Part shown: positions 26,967-36,496 of the stretch, in pieces
How the letters are laid out: every line of letters begins with the position of its first letter
Position numbering within the stretch: position 1 is the stretch's first letter
Source: an uncultured Candidatus Saccharibacteria bacterium
GTDB lineage: Bacteria > Patescibacteriota > Minisyncoccia > Phycocordibacterales > CAIRYW01
Reading direction: 5' to 3'
DNA: 64,000 bases
Assembly: GCA_964446625.1 (NCBI GenBank)
Contig: CAYUPH010000001.1
Coordinates: 6,283-70,282, forward strand
Position numbers and translations under genes: made by a program
The notes under the pieces: model-generated
What the model saw: the letters and a program-made list of their open reading frames with translations, nothing else
Database searches by the model: none
What the model was told of the DNA's origin: nothing

Positions 26967-27554
26967 TTATTTCTTAGCTTTTAGACTACCAAGAGCTTTG
27001 ATTGTTGCTCTTGCAATGTTTAGTTTGTTTTTTGTTGGAGCTCTAAGCTTTGCGTTTACATCTTTGATTCCAGCAAGCTCAATCACATCTCGGGCTGCAG
27101 ATCCTGCTACAAGTCCTTTTCCTTTTGCCGGCATAATGTGAACTCTCGCACTTTTCTCTTTTGCAAAAACTTCGTGAGCAATAGACATTGTTTTTGTGAG
27201 AGGAATTAGAACCGCGTTTTTCTTTGCTGCCTTGTACGCTTTTTCAATTGCAAGAGCAGTGTCTCCCGCTTTTCCAGTTGCAACACCTACTGATCCTTTG
27301 TGATTTCCAACAACCATTGCAACAGAGAAACTAAATCGTCGTCCTCCTGAAGATACTCGAGTCACTCGTCTTATATCAACAATTCGCTGATCAAATTCTG
27401 GTTTTACTCTTGGTTCTTTCTTTGGTCGTCTGTCTGAAGGTTTACCACCTCGAACATTTCGTGATCGTCCTCGAACTGAAGACTCCTCAGTTGTTTCCTC
27501 AGTTGTAGCTACCACACCTTCTGTTTGAATTTTTGTTGTATCTTCGTTTGCCAT
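26967..27554 (-). CDS. rpsE: 30S ribosomal protein S5 (with N-terminal acidic/basic extension)
   Basis: Conserved S5 core including VVGNHKGSVGVATGKAGDTALAIEKA. Confidence 0.85.
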   Translation of the reverse strand: MANEDTTKIQTEGVVATTEETTEESSVRGRSRNVRGGKPSDRRPKKEPRVKPEFDQRIVDIRRVTRVSSGGRRFSFSVAMVVGNHKGSVGVATGKAGDTALAIEKAYKAAKKNAVLIPLTKTMSIAHEVFAKEKSARVHIMPAKGKGLVAGSAARDVIELAGIKDVNAKLRAPTKNKLNIARATIKALGSLKAKK

Positions 27555-27559
27555 ATATA

Positions 27560-27907
27560 TTAAAATTCTAGTCCTGCCTCACGCGCCGCGTCTGCAAGAG
27601 CTTTAACTTGTCCTGTATAAATAAATCCTCCTCGGTCAAAAACAACTTTTTTGAGTCCTTTTGCTTTTCCACCTTCTGCAATTAGTTTCCCTACTTCTGC
27701 TGCGCCAAGAGTTTTCTTTTCACCCTTCTTTGGACCTCCAACTGAGAGAAGAGTTTTACTTGCCCCATCATCAATAAGTTGAGCATAGATGTATCGGTTT
27801 GATTTAAATACCGCAAGTCGAGGAGCTTCTGCAGTTCCTTTTACTCGAGACCTGATTCGTCGTCGTCTTACTACTCTCTTTTGTGTTTTTTCGCTAGTTT
27901 TTGCCAT
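27560..27907 (-). CDS. rplR: 50S ribosomal protein L18
   Basis: RLAVFKSNRYIYAQLIDD...GLEF matches L18. Confidence 0.85.
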   Translation of the reverse strand: MAKTSEKTQKRVVRRRRIRSRVKGTAEAPRLAVFKSNRYIYAQLIDDGASKTLLSVGGPKKGEKKTLGAAEVGKLIAEGGKAKGLKKVVFDRGGFIYTGQVKALADAAREAGLEF

Positions 27908-27912
27908 AGACT

Positions 27913-28443
27913 TTATACTGATTTCTTACCTTGTTTTATTGTCACATGTTCTCCGACATATCGAATACCTTTTCCTTTGTATGGTTCTGGTTTCTTGTAG
28001 TCTCGAACTTTCGCTGCAAATGCCCCTACTGCTTCTTTATCGATTCCAGAAACAGTAATTGTGCTTTTTTCTATTGTCACAGCAAGTCCTTCAGGGATAG
28101 TAATGTTTACTGGGTGTGAAAAACCAAGACTCATAACAACCTCTTTACCCTTTACTTCTCCTTTGTATCCAATTCCTTCGATCTGGAGTTTCTTTTCGAA
28201 ACCTTTTGATACCCCTTCAATCATGTTCATTACATGTGATGAGATTGTTCCCCAGATCGGATCAACAGATTCTGGATTTTTGAGTGACACTGTTACTTCA
28301 GAACCATTTACTGAAACAAGAACTTCTGAAGGAATTTCTCGTTTAAGATTTCCTTTTGGTCCTGTTACAGAAAGAGTACTTCCGTTTAACTCAACAGTGA
28401 CACCTCCAGCAACTTCAATTGGTTTTTTTCCAAGTCGTGACAT
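27913..28443 (-). CDS. rplF: 50S ribosomal protein L6 (start at MSRLGKKPI, not the upstream extension)
   Basis: MSRLGKKPIEVAGGVTVELNGSTLSVTGPKG L6 N-terminus; the longer ORF would overlap rpsH. Confidence 0.85.
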   Translation of the reverse strand: MSRLGKKPIEVAGGVTVELNGSTLSVTGPKGNLKREIPSEVLVSVNGSEVTVSLKNPESVDPIWGTISSHVMNMIEGVSKGFEKKLQIEGIGYKGEVKGKEVVMSLGFSHPVNITIPEGLAVTIEKSTITVSGIDKEAVGAFAAKVRDYKKPEPYKGKGIRYVGEHVTIKQGKKSV

Positions 28444-28447
28444 AAAT

Positions 28448-28843
28448 TTACCAAATTTTAAATAGTGCTTCTCCTCCGACTTTTTCTTTTCGAGCTTCAA
28501 TATCTGAAAGAACTCCTTTTGAGGTACTCATAACTAGCATACCGAAACCGTTTCGAACTGGGCGAAGTTCTGTCGAACCTTTATAAATTCTTTTTGAAAG
28601 TTTTGAAATTCGTTCTGTACCAATTACCTTTGGAGATCCGTCTTCGGCGTAAGCAAGAGTTACTTCTGCTGACTTAATGAGCTTCTTCCCTTTCTTACTG
28701 TAATCAGAAATGAAACCTCCTCTTTTGAGGCATTCAAGAATATCTCCTACATAATTTGAATATGGAAATGTAAAAGTCTCCTTTCGAGCTGCGCTCGCGT
28801 TCTTAATTTTTACTATAAGGTTAGAAATTCTATCGTTTACCAT
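28448..28843 (-). CDS. rpsH: 30S ribosomal protein S8
   Basis: [16 protein letters not shown]...GGEALFKIW matches S8. Confidence 0.85.
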   Translation of the reverse strand: MVNDRISNLIVKIKNASAARKETFTFPYSNYVGDILECLKRGGFISDYSKKGKKLIKSAEVTLAYAEDGSPKVIGTERISKLSKRIYKGSTELRPVRNGFGMLVMSTSKGVLSDIEARKEKVGGEALFKIW

Positions 28844-29022
28844 GATGATTTTTTAATTCCAGGAATTTTTCCTTCGTTAGCGTGTTCTCGAAAACAAATT
28901 CGACACATATCAAAATCTCGCATATAGCCGTTTTTTCGTCCACACCTAAAACATCGTCGCACTGTTCGTGTGCTGAACTTAGGTTTCTTTTCTGCTCGCG
29001 CTATTACTGATGCTTTTGCCAT
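28837..29022 (-). CDS. rpsZ: 30S ribosomal protein S14, zinc-binding type Z
   Basis: 61 aa with CxxC...CxxC ([20 protein letters not shown]). Confidence 0.85.
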   Translation of the reverse strand: MAKASVIARAEKKPKFSTRTVRRCFRCGRKNGYMRDFDMCRICFREHANEGKIPGIKKSSW

Positions 29023-29313
29023 ATTGTGTTTATTTGAGTCGAATTATCAACAAAAAATGCTCGAAATGAGCTTGGAGGCTATGCTAACAAGAAATGAAAG
29101 GAAAGTCAAATAAAAAACACTACTTTTTGTGTCTTTTTGTCCTCTCTTGACAGTGCTTTAAAAATACTTAGTATTTAGACAGTCTGAAGTGCACCCTTCT
29201 CACTCGGTGCCCAACTCTCACTTACCCCTTTTTGCCCCTAGAAAAGAGGGGTGCACAAGCTCATTACACGCTTGTCCGGTCTTTGTCGACAAGGCCGCAT
29301 TATAACCCTTCTC

Positions 29314-29538
29314 ATGACTAAAAACATGAGAATACGAAGCGCGGTAGGATTTGGGATTTTTCTCATCATCCTACGGATTATAATGCCGGCAGTGTTTACT
29401 GGCCTTGAGCATACCCTCGTGCTCTTTTTCGATGCGTCCTCCGGGGCCCTCGAGCACAGTAGTGCTGCAATCGAAAACGGCTTTCAGGGAGCCCTCTGGA
29501 ATATTCCAGAGGTTCCAACTCCTCCGGGAGCCGAGTAA
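29314..29538 (+). CDS. possible small membrane protein (74 aa) on the opposite strand inside the spc operon
   Basis: Small ORF within a 580-bp gap between rpsZ and rplE, followed by two hairpin terminators; locally elevated G+C. Confidence 0.3.
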   Translation: MTKNMRIRSAVGFGIFLIILRIIMPAVFTGLEHTLVLFFDASSGALEHSSAAIENGFQGALWNIPEVPTPPGAE

Positions 29539-29542
29539 GAAT

Positions 29543-29603
29543 AAGCCGCGCCTTTGGCGCGGCTTTCGCATTAAAAAAACCCGCCGGAAGCGGGTTTTTT
29601 TAA
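29543..29603. terminator. two consecutive terminator hairpins (GCCGCGCC-tttg-GCGCGGC; A7-ACCCGC-cggaa-GCGGGT-T7)
   Basis: Tandem GC hairpins; the second is bidirectional and abuts the rplE stop. Confidence 0.55.
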
Positions 29604-30137
29604 TTATTTTGCAAATGGGAATCCTAGATACTCGAGGAATGCCTTTGTTTCTTTTTTATCCTTTGCTGATGTTACTACTGTGATTGCAAGACCGAATACA
29701 TCTTTGATATCTTCGTCCGCTGTTTCTGGAAAGATGCTGTGCTCTTTGATACCGATTGTCATATTTCCCATATCATCAATTGCGGTAGCTTTTAGACCTC
29801 TAAAGTCTTTTGTTCGAGGAAGTGCTACGTGAATAAGCTTTTCGAGGAAGTTTATCATTTTCTCTCCTCGAAGTGTTACCCTGTACCCAACTGAGTCTCC
29901 CTCACGCACCTTAAAGCTCGCAATAGACTTCTTTGCAGCAGCAACTGAAGGCTTCTGTCCTGCAATTCGTCCAATTCTCTCTCCAATAAACTCTTTTCGC
30001 TTTTTATCAGAAATTTTTCCTGTTCCTGTTGCGATGATAATTTTTTGAAGCTTAGGAAACTGCATTGGATTTTTGTATCCAAAAGTATCTTTTAACGCAG
30101 CTCCAGCTTTTTTTTGTTTTTCTAGAAGTGTAATCAT
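29604..30137 (-). CDS. rplE: 50S ribosomal protein L5
   Basis: L5 signature regions and the conserved position. Confidence 0.9.
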   Translation of the reverse strand: MITLLEKQKKAGAALKDTFGYKNPMQFPKLQKIIIATGTGKISDKKRKEFIGERIGRIAGQKPSVAAAKKSIASFKVREGDSVGYRVTLRGEKMINFLEKLIHVALPRTKDFRGLKATAIDDMGNMTIGIKEHSIFPETADEDIKDVFGLAITVVTSAKDKKETKAFLEYLGFPFAK

Positions 30138-30141
30138 AAAA

Positions 30142-30444
30142 TTATATTTCTTTTCCTGATTGTCTAGAGATTCGAACCTTTTTATCTCCTACTGTTTTGT
30201 ACCCTATTCGAGCTCTCTTACTACCTTCAACAGCCATAACATTTGAAATGTGGATTGGCATAGGTTTCTCGATAATTTGTCCCTTTTGTCCTCCTTTTCG
30301 TGACCTTGAGTGCTTCTTTACAAGGTTTACTCCAGCAAGAACCACAAGAGACTTAGCTGGAACAACCGCAGAAACTTTGCCTGTTTTACCCTTATCCTTT
30401 CCTGAAATCACTATTACATTGTCGCCTTTTTTTATCTTTGCCAT
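30142..30444 (-). CDS. rplX: 50S ribosomal protein L24
   Basis: MAKIKKGDNVIVISGKDKGKTGKV KOW motif. Confidence 0.85.
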   Translation of the reverse strand: MAKIKKGDNVIVISGKDKGKTGKVSAVVPAKSLVVLAGVNLVKKHSRSRKGGQKGQIIEKPMPIHISNVMAVEGSKRARIGYKTVGDKKVRISRQSGKEI

Positions 30445-30448
30445 ATTT

Positions 30449-30820
30449 TTACACTACTTCTGGTGCAAGTGAACCAATTTTCTGATAACCAAGTTCGACA
30501 ACTTCTCGTGGAATCGGACCGAAAATTCGTCCTGCAAGTGGCTCTTGCTTTCCTTTCTCAAGGATTACAACAGCATTCTCATCGAATCGAATGTAAGATC
30601 CGTCTTTTCTTCTAAATGCTTTTTTCTGTCGCACAACCACTCCTTGAAGAACATCTTTTTTCTTTACGTTCTTTCTTGGTTCTGCTTTCTGTACTGAAAG
30701 GACAACAATGTCTCCAATCTCAGCATATCGTCGCCTTGTTGAACCAAGCACTTTGAAAATTCGTCCGACTTTTGCTCCGGAGTTATCTGCGATTTGAACT
30801 ATTGCTCTTGGCTGTATCAT
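30449..30820 (-). CDS. rplN: 50S ribosomal protein L14
   Basis: MIQPRAIVQIADNSGAK matches L14. Confidence 0.9.
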   Translation of the reverse strand: MIQPRAIVQIADNSGAKVGRIFKVLGSTRRRYAEIGDIVVLSVQKAEPRKNVKKKDVLQGVVVRQKKAFRRKDGSYIRFDENAVVILEKGKQEPLAGRIFGPIPREVVELGYQKIGSLAPEVV

Positions 30821-30838
30821 GGCTTTTTAATTAAATTA

Positions 30839-31084
30839 TTATCCTACAATTTTGAAATGCTTATCCTTTGAAATCGGTGCACATTCTTCAATGATAACTT
30901 TTTCTCCAATTTTCTTTGTGTTTCCCTTGTCGTCTGCTTTGAACTTTTTGTTTCGCTTTACATACTTTTCGTATTTTGGCACTTTAACAAATCTCTCAAC
31001 AAGCACAACACATGTGTCTTTCATTTTGTCTGAAACGACTGTTCCAGTAAGTTGTCTTTTTGCTGTTTGTGTTTTCTTTTCCAT
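30839..31084 (-). CDS. rpsQ: 30S ribosomal protein S17 (internal Met start)
   Basis: RQLTGTVVSDKMKDTCVVLVER matches S17; the upstream extension would overlap rpmC. Confidence 0.8.
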   Translation of the reverse strand: MEKKTQTAKRQLTGTVVSDKMKDTCVVLVERFVKVPKYEKYVKRNKKFKADDKGNTKKIGEKVIIEECAPISKDKHFKIVG

Positions 31085-31088
31085 ATGT

Positions 31089-31271
31089 TTATGCTTTTCG
31101 AGCGTTAAGTTCTGTAAGAATCTGCGCAATTTCCTTTCGAAGACCCTGACCTTCTTTTACATTCTTTGTCTTTCCACCAAAGTTTCCGAATTTGAATCCT
31201 CTAAGAGCTTCTCTTTTTTCTGAAAGAGTCTTGTGAAGTTCTTCTGTTTTTGTATCTTTAAATGTTTTCAT
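31089..31271 (-). CDS. rpmC: 50S ribosomal protein L29
   Basis: 60-aa helical protein with L29-like LRKEIAQILTELNAR. Confidence 0.8.
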   Translation of the reverse strand: MKTFKDTKTEELHKTLSEKREALRGFKFGNFGGKTKNVKEGQGLRKEIAQILTELNARKA

Positions 31272-31275
31272 CGTA

Positions 31276-31698
31276 TTACCTCGCAATTACCTTTGTTTTA
31301 AGAGGAAGCTTCGCTCCAGCCTTTCGAAGCGCTTCTCTAGCAACAGTGTCTGCAACACCGTCAACTTCAAAAAGTACTCGTCCTGGCTCAACTTCTATAC
31401 AGTATCCCTGAGGATCCCCTTTTCCTTTACCCATCGGAGTTTCTGCACCCTTTTGAGTGTAAGGTCGGTCTGGAAAAACACGAATCCAAAGTTTTCCTGT
31501 TTTCGAAACTGATCGAGCAATTACTTTTCGTGCAGCTTCAATCTGGTTTGATTTTACTCGGCAACTTGTTGTTGCTCTTAGGCCGTGTGAACCAAAAGAT
31601 AGTTCAGCTCCTCTTGTTGCTCTACGGTTAGCAATCCTCTCAGGATTTTGCCTGTCAGATTGCCACTTTCTAAATTTTACTTTTTTAGGAAATAACAT
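31276..31698 (-). CDS. rplP: 50S ribosomal protein L16
   Basis: MLFPKKVKFRKWQ matches L16. Confidence 0.9.
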   Translation of the reverse strand: MLFPKKVKFRKWQSDRQNPERIANRRATRGAELSFGSHGLRATTSCRVKSNQIEAARKVIARSVSKTGKLWIRVFPDRPYTQKGAETPMGKGKGDPQGYCIEVEPGRVLFEVDGVADTVAREALRKAGAKLPLKTKVIAR

Positions 31699-31709
31699 GG
31701 TGGTAAAAT

Positions 31710-32366
31710 TTATTTATTAAAAACTTCTCCTTTATAAATCCACACTTTGATTCCAAGGTCTCCCTGAGGAATTGTTGCTCTTTCTGTGGCGTAATCAATA
31801 TCCGCTCGGAGTGTCTGAAGTGGAATCTGTCCCTTCTTTAGAGTTTCAGATCGGGCCATATCAGCTCCTCCAATTCGGCCTCCTATATAAATTTTTACTC
31901 CTTCTACTTCTCGGCTTGCCATTACTTTCTCAACTGTCTGCTTCATTACTCGTCTGAAAGGCACTCGCTTTTCAAGTCCTTCTGCAACCATTTGAGCTAC
32001 AATTGCAGCATTTGCTTCTGGAGTTCTGATCTCTTCAATATCAACTTTGATATTTTCAGTATGAAGAATTTTATTTCGTCGCATGAAAGAGAGAATATCA
32101 TTTCGTAGTTTTACTGACCCTTCTCCACTTCGTCCAATAATCATTCCTGGTCTTGAAGAAGCAATAACGATACGCATAGTCTTTTCCCCTCTCTCAATTT
32201 CTACACCACTTACAAATAGACCTTTTAGTCTTTTTGCAAGATACTCACGAAGAAGCACATCTGCTTTTAGGTAGCTTCTATACTTAGCATCCTTTGCAAA
32301 CCATCGGCTTTTCCAGTCCCGAATGATTCCAAGTCTATGTGAATATGGGTGTACTGTGTGTGACAT
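31710..32366 (-). CDS. rpsC: 30S ribosomal protein S3
   Basis: KH domain and the S3 C-terminal domain. Confidence 0.9.
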   Translation of the reverse strand: MSHTVHPYSHRLGIIRDWKSRWFAKDAKYRSYLKADVLLREYLAKRLKGLFVSGVEIERGEKTMRIVIASSRPGMIIGRSGEGSVKLRNDILSFMRRNKILHTENIKVDIEEIRTPEANAAIVAQMVAEGLEKRVPFRRVMKQTVEKVMASREVEGVKIYIGGRIGGADMARSETLKKGQIPLQTLRADIDYATERATIPQGDLGIKVWIYKGEVFNK

Positions 32367-32374
32367 GTTAATTA

Positions 32375-32806
32375 TTACTTCGCTTCCTCAGCGTCTTTTT
32401 TAGTTTTTGTAACTTTTTTTACTGTAGCTTTTTTTGGTTTTACTGCTTTAGCTTCTTTTTTTGGCGCTGAAATAGCTTTTACTTCTTTCACACCAAGAAC
32501 GATTTCAACATGGCTAGTTCTCTTGTTGATTCGAGAAGCTGAACCTCGAGCTCGTGGCATGATTCGTTTCATTGTCACACCTTTGTTAACCTGAACAGCT
32601 TTTACAAAAAGTGCATCTTTGTCTTCTCCTTTCTGAAGCGCGTTAGCAACTGCTGAATCAAGAAGTTTAATCAAAACTGATGACGCTCGCTTTGGTGTAA
32701 ATGAAAGCGCGTTTCGTGCATCGAAAACTTTTTTACCTCGAATAAGGTCTGCAACAATGCGTACTTTTCGTGGTGACTGTCTGTATGTTTTTAGAACTGC
32801 TTTCAT
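32375..32806 (-). CDS. rplV: 50S ribosomal protein L22 (Lys-rich C-terminal extension)
   Basis: L22 core motifs. Confidence 0.85.
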   Translation of the reverse strand: MKAVLKTYRQSPRKVRIVADLIRGKKVFDARNALSFTPKRASSVLIKLLDSAVANALQKGEDKDALFVKAVQVNKGVTMKRIMPRARGSASRINKRTSHVEIVLGVKEVKAISAPKKEAKAVKPKKATVKKVTKTKKDAEEAK

Positions 32807-32815
32807 ATATAACTA

Positions 32816-33154
32816 TTATTTTTTAGCAGGAGCGGTCTTTGCTGCTTTTGCTGCTGCAATTTCTGCTTCTTTCTTAGCGGCATCTTGCTCCTTCTGCATT
32901 TTTCCTCCGTGTCTAATGAATTTTCGAGTAAGAGAAAATTCTCCAAGTCGGTGCCCTACCATATCCTCTGTCACAAAAACCTCAACGTGAGTTTTTCCAT
33001 TGTGAACTCCAAAAGTAAATCCAACCATTTCAGGAGAGATCTGGCTTGCTCGCGCCCATGTGCGAATAACAGGTGTATCACCTGGTTTTTTTCCTTCTAT
33101 TTTCTTGAGTAGATTTTCATCTACATATGGACCCTTTCGGAGAGACCGTGTCAT
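32816..33154 (-). CDS. rpsS: 30S ribosomal protein S19 (Ala/Lys-rich C-terminal extension)
   Basis: [19 protein letters not shown] matches S19. Confidence 0.85.
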   Translation of the reverse strand: MTRSLRKGPYVDENLLKKIEGKKPGDTPVIRTWARASQISPEMVGFTFGVHNGKTHVEVFVTEDMVGHRLGEFSLTRKFIRHGGKMQKEQDAAKKEAEIAAAKAAKTAPAKK

Positions 33155-33303
33155 GTAATTAAATTCTGGTTAGGACAAATAAAATAGCCCATTAAGGCTT
33201 GAGAAGTATACTATCAAAATATATAAAAGTGTCAAACTTTTCCCCTTTGGACACCCCTCTTTGCTTGTATAATTAACTCACTTATTCGCTTTTTAAACAA
33301 AAA

Positions 33304-33618
33304 ATGAAGGAATTAAAGAAAATTGACGTATGGTCATCTGCAAAAATCGTAGCAGTCGGGTACTTCGCAATAGGTGTCCTATTTAGCCTCTTTATGGCTG
33401 TACCTGTGATTTTTATAGGCAAATTTGCTAGTGGTGGACAGGAGGCGCCGCTAGGTCTGGGTATACTGTTTATACTCCTCCTTCCCTTCATGTATGGCGT
33501 TATGGGAGGTGTTATTACGGCAATATGCGCTGCGCTTTATAATTTATTCTCTAAACTTGTCGGCGGTATCCGCTTCGAACTTGTAGATGTTCCCCCAAAA
33601 CCAAATACTGAGGCCTAA
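33304..33618 (+). CDS. small integral membrane protein (104 aa, 2-3 TM) on the opposite strand inside the S10 operon
   Basis: Own extended -10 (TGtATAAT at about 33265..33273), decent ORF, then a bidirectional terminator. Confidence 0.5.
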   Translation: MKELKKIDVWSSAKIVAVGYFAIGVLFSLFMAVPVIFIGKFASGGQEAPLGLGILFILLLPFMYGVMGGVITAICAALYNLFSKLVGGIRFELVDVPPKPNTEA

Positions 33619-33625
33619 CTAAAGA

Positions 33626-33660
33626 AAACAAAAACCGCCCCAGAAGGGCGGCTTTTGTTT
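33626..33660. terminator. bidirectional terminator (AAAACCGCCC-caga-aGGGCGGCTTTTG)
   Basis: GC hairpin with flanking A and T tracts between the small gene and the rplB stop. Confidence 0.6.
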
Positions 33661-34502
33661 TATCTTTGTTTTCCGACTTTTCGTCTTGAAACAATATATT
33701 TGTTTGAGTATTTCTTGCTTCTTCGTGATTTCTGTCCTTTTCCTGTCGGTTTTCCGTAAACAGATTTTGCTCTTCGAAGTCCTCGTCCCTGTCGTCCCTC
33801 TCCTCCTCCGTATGGGTGGTCTACAGGGTTTTGTGCTGTACCTCGAACCGTAGGTCTGATTCCTTTCCATCTGCTTTTTCCAGCCTTTCCATAGTTTTGT
33901 AGGTAGTGTTCTTCTTTTGAGACAGATCCAACAGACGCAAAACAAGTGTCTTTTACCTTTCGAACCTCTGTTGAAGGAAGCTTCACAAATGTAAATCCTT
34001 GGTCTTGTCCGATTACCTCAGCGTAGTTTCCTGCTGATCGGGCCATTTTTGCCCCACCTTCAGGTTTTACCTCCACATTGTACACAAAGGTACCAACTGG
34101 AATATTCTTTAGCGCTAGGCGATTTCCTGGCTTTACAGGGGCATTTTCTGATACTACAAAGACTGAACCTGGTGTAACGTCCTTAGGAAGGAGTACATAT
34201 CGCTTTTCTCCATCTTTATAAGTCACCAGTCCAATAAATCCTGATCGGTTTGGATCGTACTCAACAGAAACAATCTTTGCCTCGATATCTTTTTTATTGT
34301 ATGTAAAATCAACATCTCGAAATAGTCGCTTTACTCCAGACCCTTTGTGTCGTGTTGTAATTCGTCCTGTATTATTTCGTCCAACAGATCGTCTGTATCC
34401 CGATGTAAGAGACTTGTGTGGCTGCCCGTGAGTAACAACTCCTCGGTAGCTTACTGTTGACATCTGTCGTCGTGATTTTGATGTAGGCTTGTATGTCTTC
34501 AT
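33660..34502 (-). CDS. rplB: 50S ribosomal protein L2
   Basis: L2 signature regions. Confidence 0.9.
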   Translation of the reverse strand: MKTYKPTSKSRRQMSTVSYRGVVTHGQPHKSLTSGYRRSVGRNNTGRITTRHKGSGVKRLFRDVDFTYNKKDIEAKIVSVEYDPNRSGFIGLVTYKDGEKRYVLLPKDVTPGSVFVVSENAPVKPGNRLALKNIPVGTFVYNVEVKPEGGAKMARSAGNYAEVIGQDQGFTFVKLPSTEVRKVKDTCFASVGSVSKEEHYLQNYGKAGKSRWKGIRPTVRGTAQNPVDHPYGGGEGRQGRGLRRAKSVYGKPTGKGQKSRRSKKYSNKYIVSRRKVGKQR

Positions 34503-34507
34503 AATGG

Positions 34508-34792
34508 TTACATTACTTCTATCTTATCTCCTTTCTTTAGGTAAACATAGGCTTTAACGACTGATGCTGTTTTACCTTTCTTTCCCTTTGAAAAAACGTT
34601 TTTCGCAGGAAGTTTTACAATGTTTACTTTTGTAGGAGATACTTTGTAAAGCTCTTTTACCGCTCTTTTTACCGCTCCTTTGTTTGATCCTGATGAGACT
34701 TCAAATACGAAAACATTTTCTGCTTCATTTTTTGCCGCTGCTTTCTCTGTAATTCGAGGTCTTAAAATAATTTGTGCTGGGTGAGTTTTCAT
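34508..34792 (-). CDS. rplW: 50S ribosomal protein L23
   Basis: Position and L23-like sequence. Confidence 0.85.
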   Translation of the reverse strand: MKTHPAQIILRPRITEKAAAKNEAENVFVFEVSSGSNKGAVKRAVKELYKVSPTKVNIVKLPAKNVFSKGKKGKTASVVKAYVYLKKGDKIEVM

Positions 34793-34793
34793 C

Positions 34794-35462
34794 TTATTTT
34801 TTCTTTGAAGTTACTGACTCAAGAGCTTTTACTGAAGATTCTGGACCAACAAATACAAGAACTCTCTTTGAAAGAATATCTGGAATATTGATGCTTCGCG
34901 CCTCAGAAACGATCACGTTTCCAAAGTTAGCAAAACTTTTCTCAAGATTCTTTGATTTTTCTCCCGTTGCAATTAGAGCTGCGTTGTTTCGTCGTCCAAG
35001 GGCCTCAAATCCTTTTACTTTTGCAAGAGAAACAAGTACTTCTTTTGCGTCTTTTGTTTTTGGAGCATCGAATGAAAGAGAATCAATAAAGAGAATTTCT
35101 CCATCTCGAAGTTTCGCTGAAAGCACTGTTGCAAGAGCTTTTGCTTTTTCTTTCTTGTTAACCTTTCGGTCAAAGTTCTTGTCATTTCGAGGACCATGAG
35201 CAACTCCTCCACCTACCCAAATTGGGCTTCTGTTAGATCCGTGTCGTGCTCGTCCTGTTCCTTTTTGTCTCCAAGGTTTCTTTCCTCCTCCTCTTACTTC
35301 CCCTCTTGTCTTTGTGTGAGCAACAGGTGTTCGTGAACTAGATTCAAGAGAGTGAAGAACGGTGTGTACAAGGTCTGCGTTCCAAGGAAGCCCGAAAACT
35401 GCTTCTGGCAAAGCCACAGTTCCCTTTTCTTTTCCTTTTTGATCAAATACTTTTGCTTCCAT
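34794..35462 (-). CDS. rplD: 50S ribosomal protein L4
   Basis: L4 family motifs. Confidence 0.85.
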   Translation of the reverse strand: MEAKVFDQKGKEKGTVALPEAVFGLPWNADLVHTVLHSLESSSRTPVAHTKTRGEVRGGGKKPWRQKGTGRARHGSNRSPIWVGGGVAHGPRNDKNFDRKVNKKEKAKALATVLSAKLRDGEILFIDSLSFDAPKTKDAKEVLVSLAKVKGFEALGRRNNAALIATGEKSKNLEKSFANFGNVIVSEARSINIPDILSKRVLVFVGPESSVKALESVTSKKK

Positions 35463-35466
35463 GGTT

Positions 35467-36078
35467 TTATCCTTTAATTTCTACAATTGTTCCTTTGCGA
35501 CCTGGAATTGCTCCACCAATAAGGATTTCTCCTTTTTCAGCATCAATTCCTACAACTTTGAGATTCTTTACTGTAACTCGGTCTCCTCCAGTTCGTCCGG
35601 CCATTCGCATACCTTTTGCAACACGTCCTCCATCTCGTCCTCCTCCTCCAATAGACCCCGGCTCTCTTTCAGAGTGCTTTTGTCCGTGGCTTCGTGGACC
35701 TCCACCGAATCCGTGTCGTTTTACTACTCCTTGAAAACCTTTTGCTTTAGAAATAGATGACACAGTCACCTCATCCCCTTCTGCAAAAAGAGTAACTCCG
35801 AGTTTGTCTCCCTCTTTTACCTCTGGACTGTCCTGTCGAAATTCTCTCAGAACTTCAAAGTTTCCAAGTCCTTTCATTTGGCCTTTTGCCGGCTTTTTGA
35901 TGTTCTTTTCTTTTCGGACTCCAAAACCAAGCTGAACAGCCTCATAACCGTCTTTGTCTATTGTCTTTATTGTAACCACAGTGTTCTCTGGTGCAGAGAC
36001 AACAGTCACTGGGTACACTTTCCCGTCTTCTTTGAAGACTTGAGACATGTATTGCTTTTTTCCTAAAATTGATTTCAT
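35467..36078 (-). CDS. rplC: 50S ribosomal protein L3
   Basis: L3 motifs (GTTKGKGFQGV-like). Confidence 0.9.
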   Translation of the reverse strand: MKSILGKKQYMSQVFKEDGKVYPVTVVSAPENTVVTIKTIDKDGYEAVQLGFGVRKEKNIKKPAKGQMKGLGNFEVLREFRQDSPEVKEGDKLGVTLFAEGDEVTVSSISKAKGFQGVVKRHGFGGGPRSHGQKHSEREPGSIGGGGRDGGRVAKGMRMAGRTGGDRVTVKNLKVVGIDAEKGEILIGGAIPGRKGTIVEIKG

Positions 36079-36129
36079 TTGTTTCTTTGATTCTGGATTA
36101 TATTACCCGGTTTCGGATTTTTGTCCACC

Positions 36130-36489
36130 TTAGATCATCTTTACATCAATGCTTACTCCAGAAGGTAAACTAAGATTTGAAAGCGCCTCAATCACTTTTG
36201 GATTTGGATTAAGGATATCGATAAGTCTTTTGTGAGTTCGCATTTCGAACTGTTCTCGCGCATTTTTGTACACAAAAGACGCTCGGTTTACAGTGTATTT
36301 TCGAATCTCTGTTGGAAGAGGAATCGGACCTAACACCTTCGCATCATATCGAAGTGCAGTATCGATGATCTGCTTAATAGAAGCATCAAGGATTTTGTGA
36401 TCATACGCTCGAACACGAATTCGAAGCTTTGATCCTTCGCTTGATTTTGCTTTCTTTACTTCTTTTGTTTTTGTATCAGTTGTAGCCAT
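36130..36489 (-). CDS. rpsJ: 30S ribosomal protein S10 (N-terminal extension)
   Basis: [42 protein letters not shown] matches S10. Confidence 0.85.
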   Translation of the reverse strand: MATTDTKTKEVKKAKSSEGSKLRIRVRAYDHKILDASIKQIIDTALRYDAKVLGPIPLPTEIRKYTVNRASFVYKNAREQFEMRTHKRLIDILNPNPKVIEALSNLSLPSGVSIDVKMI

Positions 36490-36496
36490 TTTCTTT

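Noticed and set aside
27913-28500. Longer N-terminal extensions of rplF (to 28500), rpsQ (to 31129), rpmC (to 31286), rnhA (to 52260), tpiA (to 56400), the HIT gene (from 54005) and infC (from 16438)
   Set aside because: The extensions overlap the conserved upstream gene or lack homology. Conserved N-terminal motifs begin at the internal Met (or TTG for infC).
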